DNA of 64,000 bases from an uncultured bacterium (GTDB lineage Bacteria; Krumholzibacteriota; Krumholzibacteriia; LZORAL124-64-63): the NCBI GenBank assembly GCA_963727525.1, contig CAVSGO010000003.1, positions 256,001 to 320,000 of the forward strand. Direction: 5' to 3'. The translations under genes were made by a program, and so were the position numbers. Position 1 is the first letter of the stretch, and every line of letters begins with the position of its first letter. Shown one piece after another: positions 19,646-27,063 of this stretch. The notes beneath the pieces are model-generated. The model was not told the DNA's origin and ran no database searches. It worked only from the letters and a program-made list of their open reading frames with translations.

Positions 19646-20725
19646 TTACCGATCCAGGACCGCGAGCAACTCCTCGATGTTCCAATGTTCGGCGATGGAA
19701 CGCACCGAATCCCCGTCGCTGTTGGCCCGGTCCGGGTCGGCGCCCGCGGCCAGCAGCCGCTTGACCATCTCGCGCTGGCCTTCGAACAGGGCCCACATGG
19801 CTGGTGTGTTGCCAGCCGCGCCGACCGGATCGATCTCTACCCCGGCAGCCAGTAGCCGCGCGACCAGGTCGCTGTTGCCACCGATGGCCGCCAGATGCAG
19901 CGGTGTCAGGCCCAGGCCGGACCGCAGCGACTGATGAGCGGGATCGGCGCCGGCGGCCAGCAGCTGCCGGCCGACACCGGCATGGGCACAACGCCCGGCG
20001 ATCATCAACGGTGTGAACCCGATGGGGTCGGTGGCGTCGACCAGGGCACCGGCTGACATCAGCAACGCCACGACGCCTTCATCGCCGGCGGCGGCGGCCC
20101 GGTGCAAGGGCGAGCGGTCCACGCTGTCCCGGGCATCGACATGGCCACCGGCGGCCAGGGCGGCGCGCAAGGCAGCGGTGTCGGCGTCGGCGATCGCCGT
20201 GAACACCGCCTGATCGGCGGGTGCGACCTGTCGGGCCAGGCCCAGGCGTTCGGCCAGCGGCTGCAGCAGGGCCTCGTGCCCCCGTCGCCGGGCGACGTCC
20301 AGGGCATTGCCATGGCCGACCAGCGACGGATCCGCGCCCACCTCGAGCAGCATGGTGGTTGTGGCCAGGTAGCCGTAGTAGGCGGCCCAGTTCAGTGCGG
20401 TGTCGCCGGCCTTGTCCCGTGCGTCGGGGTCGGCACCGTGCGCCAGGAGCGTGCGGCCGACAGCCGTATTGTCGTGTTCGGCCGCCAACATCAGAGCCGT
20501 CGCGTTGTAGTAGTCGGCGTCGCGGGTTTCGGGCGACGCCCCGGCGGTGAGCCAGGTTTCGACGGCGGCCGGGTCGCCCGCGCGTACAGCGGCCAGGAGC
20601 GAGTCGGCCACGGCCACTGCAGAGGGTGCAGACTCCGTATCACTGGCCGCGAAGGCCGCGCCGGCACTTCCCAGCGCGATGACCAGGAGGCCGCCCAGAA
20701 GAGCCCGCCGCCGATCCCGCCTCAA
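19646..20725 (-). CDS. Exported ankyrin-repeat protein
   Basis: Repeated TALMLAA / TALNWAA / SPLHRAA / TPLMIA / TPLHLAA ... GADP units; signal peptide; TTG start uncertain. Confidence 0.88.
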   Translation of the reverse strand: MRRDRRRALLGGLLVIALGSAGAAFAASDTESAPSAVAVADSLLAAVRAGDPAAVETWLTAGASPETRDADYYNATALMLAAEHDNTAVGRTLLAHGADPDARDKAGDTALNWAAYYGYLATTTMLLEVGADPSLVGHGNALDVARRRGHEALLQPLAERLGLARQVAPADQAVFTAIADADTAALRAALAAGGHVDARDSVDRSPLHRAAAAGDEGVVALLMSAGALVDATDPIGFTPLMIAGRCAHAGVGRQLLAAGADPAHQSLRSGLGLTPLHLAAIGGNSDLVARLLAAGVEIDPVGAAGNTPAMWALFEGQREMVKRLLAAGADPDRANSDGDSVRSIAEHWNIEELLAVLDR

Positions 20726-21060
20726 GGGCTGACCCCAGACAAACAGAAACTGCCGAGTCCGATAAATTTCATGCCGAGATCTCCTGCTATTGTCCGCAGC
20801 GAATCACCGTGCCGGTGAAGATACGGGACCCATCCAGGAGATTCAACCGGATCCGCTGGCGCACCAGAGTCAGCCGTTCGTCGTTCCGCGGCGAGGGTAT
20901 CCAGCTCGTTCTACGGCCGGTCACGATCGGTTCCGTCAATGGAACGGTGCCGACCGAGCAGGGCGTCGTACGCGAATTCTCAGGTCTCGCCCTGGTGGGC
21001 GACCAACCCACGAGATCGTGATGATTGCGCGGGCGTGCGCGCCGTGACGTCGCACCGGAC

Positions 21061-21089
21061 TTGACTCCGGTCGCCAAAGGTCCGACAAT
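21061..21089 (+). promoter_or_regulatory. Sigma70-like promoter of the Sec/TusA/DsrE/MetE-like operon
   Basis: TTGACT-N17-GACAAT. Confidence 0.65.
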
Positions 21090-21119
21090 TCCAGAGGTCT
21101 CCGTCGACAGGAATGTTCC

Positions 21120-21206
21120 ATGCTCCGATTCCTCGTTGTCACCGGCTTCACCTGAGGCCGCCCGCTGGACGCCGCCCGGGTCTGGCAGGCGCGTCGTGTC
21201 GGCTAG
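21120..21206 (+). CDS. Putative 28-aa selenopeptide MLRFLVVTGFT-U-GRPLDAARVWQARRVG
   Basis: AGGA RBS 7 nt before ATG 21120; in-frame TGA 21153-21155; hairpin 21168-21195 with CCG-GGUC-UGG apex; TAG 21204-21206. Confidence 0.55.
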
Positions 21207-21313
21207 CTGACGAGGAAACCGTCTTCTCCCGCACACACCCCCCGCCCTTCCGATCCCGGCGTCCACCCCTGGGCGTGACCTCGAGGCACATCCTCCAACC
21301 GGGATCAGCGAGC

Positions 21314-21559
21314 ATGGCGGGCTATCCGCGACACTGGAATTTCGACGACGTCTACGACTCCGTCGACCGCGGCTGCGGCGATTTCATCATCGACCTGCGT
21401 CAGGTCGTGCGCGAGCTCGAGCCGGGTGCGGTACTGATGATCGCGAGCCGCGACGCCGGTGCGCCCGTGGAAATCCCGGCCTGGTGCCGCCTCACCGGTC
21501 ATACCCTCCTCGATGCTGAGCCTCCGTTCTACCTCGTGCGCAAGCGCGAGGGCACCTGA
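21314..21559 (+). CDS. TusA/SirA-like sulfur carrier protein
   Basis: DRGCG...LEPGAVLMIASRDAGAPVEIPAWCRLTGHTLL...YLVRK; CG instead of canonical CP. Confidence 0.85.
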   Translation: MAGYPRHWNFDDVYDSVDRGCGDFIIDLRQVVRELEPGAVLMIASRDAGAPVEIPAWCRLTGHTLLDAEPPFYLVRKREGT

Positions 21560-21583
21560 CCCTGTTTCCGAAAGGATAGCGAC

Positions 21584-21949
21584 ATGGCAAGCACATTCTG
21601 CGTCACGATCTCCGAATGCAAGACCAACGGCGACAAGGCGACCCTGGGTTTCGTGGTGGCGAATGCCGCCCTGGGCAGCGACAAGGACACGATGGTGTTC
21701 CTGAGTGCCGATGGCGTGTGGGCCGCAGTGAAGGGCGAGGTCGACAAGATCAATGAGGGCGACCCGTTCGCGCCCTTGAAGGACCTCGTGGAGAAGTTCG
21801 TGAAGAACGGTGGCAAGATCCTCGTCTGCTCGCCGTGCATGAAGAAGCGCGGGCTCACGGAGGCGAACCTGGTGGAAGGCGCGTCACCAGCCGGCGGCGC
21901 GGCGCTCGTGGAGTGGCTGTCCAATGGGTCGCCCAGCGTGGGGTACTAG
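21584..21949 (+). CDS. DsrE/DsrF-like protein
   Basis: VANAAL...VFLSADGVW...GGKILVCSPCMKKRGL (CxxC). Confidence 0.88.
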   Translation: MASTFCVTISECKTNGDKATLGFVVANAALGSDKDTMVFLSADGVWAAVKGEVDKINEGDPFAPLKDLVEKFVKNGGKILVCSPCMKKRGLTEANLVEGASPAGGAALVEWLSNGSPSVGY

Positions 21950-21950
21950 C

Positions 21951-22698
21951 ATGAGCGATCTCGAGAGCCTGCGGCCCGATCACGTGTTCGACGGCGGCGA
22001 TCTCGACTGCGGCAGCGGTCTGGTGCTGCTCATCCGCGAGCACATGCAGAACGGTGCCCGAGGGCGGCGTGCTGGAGATGCGCAGCGTCGAGGTCACGGT
22101 GATCGACGACCTGCCACCTTGGTGCCGCATGGTAGGCCACGAGTACCTCGGCCACCTGCCGGGCCAGACAGCGCAGCAGAAGCGTTACTTCGTGCGCAAG
22201 GGTGGGGGCGAGGCTGCGCGGGCCGAGCAGCAGGCGCTCGAGGACGACAAGGCGCGCGCCCGCGAGTTCGAATGGCGACTGCGGGCGCGCGCGTCCGGCC
22301 ACCTGGCCACCACGGTCTACTGCCGCAACTTCCAGTGGACCCTGGGGCAGTCGGCAAGTTTCGAGGAGACGGACCAGCACCCGTCGGCGGTGGAGGCGCT
22401 GCTGGGTGCCGTCGCCGCCGATCTGGTCACGGGGTTCGGTACGGCGTGCGCCCAGGCCGGTCTCGATGTGGACGACGTGGAGCTCACCATCCGCGGGCGT
22501 TTGCACGATCCCATGGCCTTGCTGGGCCTTTCCGGCGGCGACCCGTCGCTCGCGTCCATCGACGCGAAGCTGTTCGCGTCCACGTTCGATGATGAGGACC
22601 GCGTGCGCGCGGTGTGGGACACGGTGGTGGCGCGTTCGCCCCTGGTGGCCACGCTGCGCAAGGCCACCGCGATGGAAACCAGGATCGCCATCGTCTGA
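21951..22698 (+). CDS. TusA-like plus OsmC-like fusion protein; one extra base near 22050
   Basis: FDGGDLDCGSGLVLLIREHMQ continues in another frame as VPEGGVLEMRS...DDLPPWCRMVGHEY; C-terminal PSAVEALLGAVAADL...RSPLVATL OsmC-like fold. Confidence 0.78.
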
Positions 22699-22709
22699 GG
22701 AGGACGACC

Positions 22710-23861
22710 ATGTTCAACGTGACCCAGGTGGGGAGCTGGCCCCGCTCCCGCGACCTGTTGAAAGCTCTGCGCGCCAAGCAGAAGGGTGGGCTGAGCCGCG
22801 CGGAGTTCGAACGCGTGGCCGACGCGGAGGTGCGTCGCTGCGTGCAGCATCAGGTGGACGCCGGGGTGGATGTGATCGTGGACGGCGAGCACCGTCGCGA
22901 CAACTTCTACAGCTTCGTCACCGACAAGCTCGACGGTACCCGCCTCATGTCCCTCGCCGAGATGCTCGATACGGTGGACGACAAGTCTGCCTTCGAGGAG
23001 ATGCTCTCCACCCTCGACGTACCGGCCTCGGCCATCCGCAACCCCACCTGCACCGGCAAGCTGGCCAGGCGCGAACCGCTGGCGGTGGAGGAGCTGCGCT
23101 TCGTGCAGCAGCTCACGGACAGGCCCGTGAAGGTGACGCTCCCGGGTCCGTACCTGCTCACGCGATCGATGTGGGTGGGCGCGTTCAGCAAGGCCGGCTA
23201 CGGCGACAAGACCGAGCTGGGCGACGACGTCGTGCGCATCCTGCGCGAGGAACTCACCGAGCTTCGCGATGCCGGCGCGGCCTTCGTGCAGTTCGACGAG
23301 CCAGTGCTCACCGAGATCGTGATGAGTGAGGACTGCGACCGCCGCACCTTCATGTGAGCGACGCTTGCGACCCGCCGTGATGCGGGTGCCGAGCTGGAAT
23401 ACGCGGCGGACCTGATCAACCGCATCGTCGAGGGCGTCGACGGGGTGCGCACCGGTGTGCACGTGTGCCGGGGCAACTGGAGCCGCCAGGAGGAGGTTCT
23501 GCTCACCGGAGACTACCACGCCCTGTTGCCGGCGTTCACCGCGATGCAGGTGCGTCAGTTCGTGCTGGAGTACGCCACGCCGCGCGCGGGCGAGCTGCGC
23601 GTGGTGGGCGAGAGCCTGTGCGATCGCGAGATCGGCCTGGGCTGCGTGAATCCCCGCACCGACGAGGCCGAGGACCCGGCCACCATCGTGGCGCGGGCCG
23701 AGGAGGCCCTGCAGTACTGGCGCCCGGAGCAGATCTGGCTGAATCCCGATTGCGGCTTCGGCTGCTTCGCCAACCGCTGCGTGAACGAGGAGAGCCACGC
23801 CGTGGCCAAGCTGCGCAGTATGGTGACGGCGTCGCGGATCTTGCGGGAAAGGCACGGTTGA
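22710..23861 (+). CDS. Cobalamin-independent methionine synthase (MetE C-terminal barrel)-like protein with in-frame UGA, putative Sec216
   Basis: GGAGG RBS; VGSWPR, DGEHRR, KVTLPGP, VQFDEP, TFM-TGA(23355)-ATL, HVCRGN, VLEY, NPDCGF all in one frame, 383 aa. Confidence 0.85.
23363..23394 (+). promoter_or_regulatory. Bacterial SECIS-like hairpin
   Basis: GCTTG-CG-ACCCGC-CGTGAT-GCGGGT-GC-CGAGC; loop starts after 18 nt following the UGA and contains GU. Confidence 0.7.
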
Positions 23862-23924
23862 AGGGATTGGGGCGCACCAGGCGGCCCGGCGCAATCGGCG
23901 ATGCACGCGATCGCCGCTGCGAGC

Positions 23925-25769
23925 TCAGATCTGCTTCCGGAACCAGAGCACGATCCCGTACCCGAAGACACCAAACACGACAGACACGATGATGAGCATC
24001 GCCAGATCAAACCCCGACCCCGAGAGTATCTCGATACCCCAGCGTCCGCCCAACCTGATCGCGTGATCGTCGACAAGGCCCTTGAGATTTCCGACGAGAT
24101 CGAAGCCGAACGTACCGATTGCGATCAACCCGAGAAGATATGCGAGTCGGTTGTCATTGCGCTTGGCAATTCGCGCTTCACGATCCTGCGTCTGCTTCTC
24201 GACGTTGTCGACCATCGCTTCGATCGCGGCGACGTTGCGCGCGATGCCGCGCCGCGCCTCGAGAGCCTCGAACGTGTCCTTTTCGGTGTCGTATCGAAAT
24301 ACGTTGATGTAGCGCTTCTGCTGATAGTCGCTGACCTGCCGCCTGCGGAAGGCGTAGAAGAGTTCGGTCGCTGCGCGGAGATCGTGCTTCTCGTCGGCGC
24401 GAATCACCTCCCGGAGCAGGGACGTGGCGCTCCGCTCGTAGGCGCGCACGAAGAACTCATTGTGCATCGCGAGAGCGTGGATGAGAAACGCGTAGGGGCA
24501 GGTCCCGATCCAGTCATTGCCGGCCTCGAGGCTGCGGGAGCGAGACACGAACGTCATCAGTGCGCGAGGATTCGCGAAACGAATGAAGAAGCTCTCCTCT
24601 TCCTGTTCGGCCGTCGCCGGGTAGATCGGATCGAGGCTGTCGAGGACCTCGGAAGCATCCTGATTGATGAAGTCGATGATATTCTGGGTGAAGCCTGCAA
24701 GGAACAGATAGATCAGGTCTTCCTTGGCGAACTTCTCGATCTCGGCAAGGGGAAGTTTGACACGGGCGAGCCCGGAAGACTGGGCCGCGTCGCGACAATC
24801 CGTGACGAACTCCGGATACCGATCGAACGCATCCATCGTGACGCGGTCCATCCGCCTCACGCGAATCGGTTCACCGTGTTCACCCGGCCGGGACGGCGGT
24901 ACCAGCGCCTCGAAAAACTCGCGATCCTGAAAGAAGAACATGTAACGAGCGCGCGGCATCATCAGGCCAGGTATCTCGAGGAACGCGTCTTTCTCGATGT
25001 ACAATTCGAACGGGCTCGTGGCGGGAGGTCGTGACGCCGATGAATTGCGGATCCGGCGTTCCAGGTCCGAGAAGTCACGGTCGAATCGGGATGCGACCCA
25101 CGCCCACAGCGAGATGGTCTGGCCGCCGACAGGTTCACGCACGCAGACCGAATCCAGAGGCAGGATATGCGTCGGACGCGCCAGGACATGGGAGGCGCGC
25201 CCGTGCCCGCCGTAGCGAAATTCCTTGGGGGCGACGGCTTTCTGGAGCAAGCCTAGGCGGTAGAAATCAGCCGCCGAGTGCTCGTACGGTACCGAAAACG
25301 ACAAGTGGTAGGAAAGCGCGTAGGCGAGATGGACGTACCAGAATCGCCGCGCCCGCACCATGCGCACGTCTGGCTCTTCGAGATCGACCTCGAACGTCGT
25401 GCCCTCCGTCGTCCAGGTGATGGACCGCGGCATGTGCAACTCGAGTTCCTCGCCTTCGGGACGCCCCGAAACGTCGAGCAGAAAATCCAGGACCCGACCG
25501 TTACGCTCGCGGTTGGCGATATCGTTGAATAGCGGGTCCATCGCTTCCTGCAGGTCGCGAGTTCCGAGATACTCGCGGGGCGCGGGTGCTCCAGGGGCCT
25601 TGCCGCTCGACGATGCTTTTGGCATCCCCGATCGCGCCGGATCGCGATTCTCCGCGCTGAGGAATTCCTGGAACGTCGCCGGGAGTTCGTCGTGTCCGAT
25701 GTATAGCGAAATCGTGAAAGATAGTGTCCTGTCCGTACAGCTTTCCCATATCAGGCGAGCCTCGCTCAT
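23925..25769 (-). CDS. Hypothetical membrane protein with two C-terminal TM helices (CorA-like topology)
   Basis: GGAGG RBS before ATG 25769; soluble region, coiled segment, then NRLAYLLGLIAIG...LIIVSVVFGVFGYGIVLWF. Confidence 0.7.
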   Translation of the reverse strand: MSEARLIWESCTDRTLSFTISLYIGHDELPATFQEFLSAENRDPARSGMPKASSSGKAPGAPAPREYLGTRDLQEAMDPLFNDIANRERNGRVLDFLLDVSGRPEGEELELHMPRSITWTTEGTTFEVDLEEPDVRMVRARRFWYVHLAYALSYHLSFSVPYEHSAADFYRLGLLQKAVAPKEFRYGGHGRASHVLARPTHILPLDSVCVREPVGGQTISLWAWVASRFDRDFSDLERRIRNSSASRPPATSPFELYIEKDAFLEIPGLMMPRARYMFFFQDREFFEALVPPSRPGEHGEPIRVRRMDRVTMDAFDRYPEFVTDCRDAAQSSGLARVKLPLAEIEKFAKEDLIYLFLAGFTQNIIDFINQDASEVLDSLDPIYPATAEQEEESFFIRFANPRALMTFVSRSRSLEAGNDWIGTCPYAFLIHALAMHNEFFVRAYERSATSLLREVIRADEKHDLRAATELFYAFRRRQVSDYQQKRYINVFRYDTEKDTFEALEARRGIARNVAAIEAMVDNVEKQTQDREARIAKRNDNRLAYLLGLIAIGTFGFDLVGNLKGLVDDHAIRLGGRWGIEILSGSGFDLAMLIIVSVVFGVFGYGIVLWFRKQI

Positions 25770-25813
25770 GGGCGCCTCCACAGGTGTCGCTAATTCTGGC
25801 GGTCCAACAGTCA

Positions 25814-26731
25814 TCATCCGAGCGCATGAATCGCGTCGCGCAGATTGACCGGACGCCGAGGCGCGATCCGGCCGATACCGTCCGCTGTCGCGACACGCGC
25901 CAGAAGCATCGTCGGGTCGAGAAGGGGGATCTCCGTACCCGCGACGCACATGTCCGAGAGTAATTCGACCTGACGCCGCGCGACATCGCTATTCTCGATC
26001 GCCGCGCCCTTCAAGACCGAGATGCCGAAGAAGCCGCGGAGATGGTGTTCGAGGATGCACGCCGGCACGGTGGTTGCGGGTGCACCGACAACGGAATATA
26101 CCAGATGCGACTCGGCCACCTGCCCGGGCGAGAGCGGCGGCTGGATATAGGGAAAGTCCACGACACGGGCTCCGCGCCGGGCCCAGACACGCAGGCGATC
26201 GAATTGATCGAGGCCGGTGTACCTCGTGTCGCGCTCATAGGCTTCGGCGCTCATCGCAAACGGATCGTTTTGCTCGATGAACATCAAAGGACGTGTCTCG
26301 AATCGGGCCGAGATCGTCTGGCGAACGGCCGCGAGCATGGGCGTGAATCGGCCAGAGCCGCGGGCCGCCTCATCGATGTAGATGTAGTTGAGGTTTGCCG
26401 TGATAGCATGCTGGTACGCGATGGTGATGACGTTGGCACCACCGACACGAAGACCCGCCGCGATGTCATCGGCAACGAGGCAGATCTCGCTAAACGCACC
26501 GTACTTGGCCGCAAGTTCCTCGTATGCCGGCGAATCGTTCAATGCCAGGCACCGCTCGAAGCCGCTGACATCTTCCTTCTCGTCGGGGAGGACGAAAGCT
26601 CGATCGTAGCCGGCGTAGAATTCCGCGAAGACCTCGCTGCCCGGCTGGCTGGTCGCGTAAACCCGAAGGCCCTCTGCCGTCGTCAAGGCCCAGTCGCCAG
26701 CTGCGAGTCGCAGCGGTCTGGCGTGCGTCAT
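25814..26731 (-). CDS. GNAT-like hypothetical protein
   Basis: NLNYIYIDEAARGSG acetyl-CoA-binding-like motif; RVVDFPYIQPPL. Confidence 0.65.
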   Translation of the reverse strand: MTHARPLRLAAGDWALTTAEGLRVYATSQPGSEVFAEFYAGYDRAFVLPDEKEDVSGFERCLALNDSPAYEELAAKYGAFSEICLVADDIAAGLRVGGANVITIAYQHAITANLNYIYIDEAARGSGRFTPMLAAVRQTISARFETRPLMFIEQNDPFAMSAEAYERDTRYTGLDQFDRLRVWARRGARVVDFPYIQPPLSPGQVAESHLVYSVVGAPATTVPACILEHHLRGFFGISVLKGAAIENSDVARRQVELLSDMCVAGTEIPLLDPTMLLARVATADGIGRIAPRRPVNLRDAIHALG

Positions 26732-27063
26732 GTTCGTGGGTTCATTCCGCCGTGGTCTCCTGGGAGCCTGGCGCCCGACAGTCGGGCGCGGCCTCGCTCT
26801 TGCATTATGGCACAAAGAGGGCGCGACAAGGATGGACCATTTTCTCGCCCTCCGCCGGCGAACGTACCTTGCCTGGGACCAAACTCGCCATGGAGCGCCG
26901 CGTGGCCAGCTGCATGCCCTGCTCGTTCGGCGCGAAAATTTGGCGTAAATATTCCAGCATCTCCAGGATTCCGCCTCTCAACGGTACCGGCGCGGCTTCC
27001 GGTCTGTTACATTGGACCGTCCCCGACGACCGTCGACCCACCAAACCCGAAAGGTGCTCCGTG

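Noticed and set aside
20790-21047. Short ORFs between the ankyrin gene and the operon promoter
   Set aside because: No RBS or recognisable motif; cannot be supported
21090-21313. SAM, cobalamin or other known riboswitch ahead of the MetE-like operon
   Set aside because: I could not find the consensus elements of SAM-I/IV, SAH, B12, TPP or Moco aptamers by eye
22710-23861. MetE-like pseudogene or two separate genes
   Set aside because: No other decay, frame continuous, SECIS-like hairpin present; kept only as the less likely alternative
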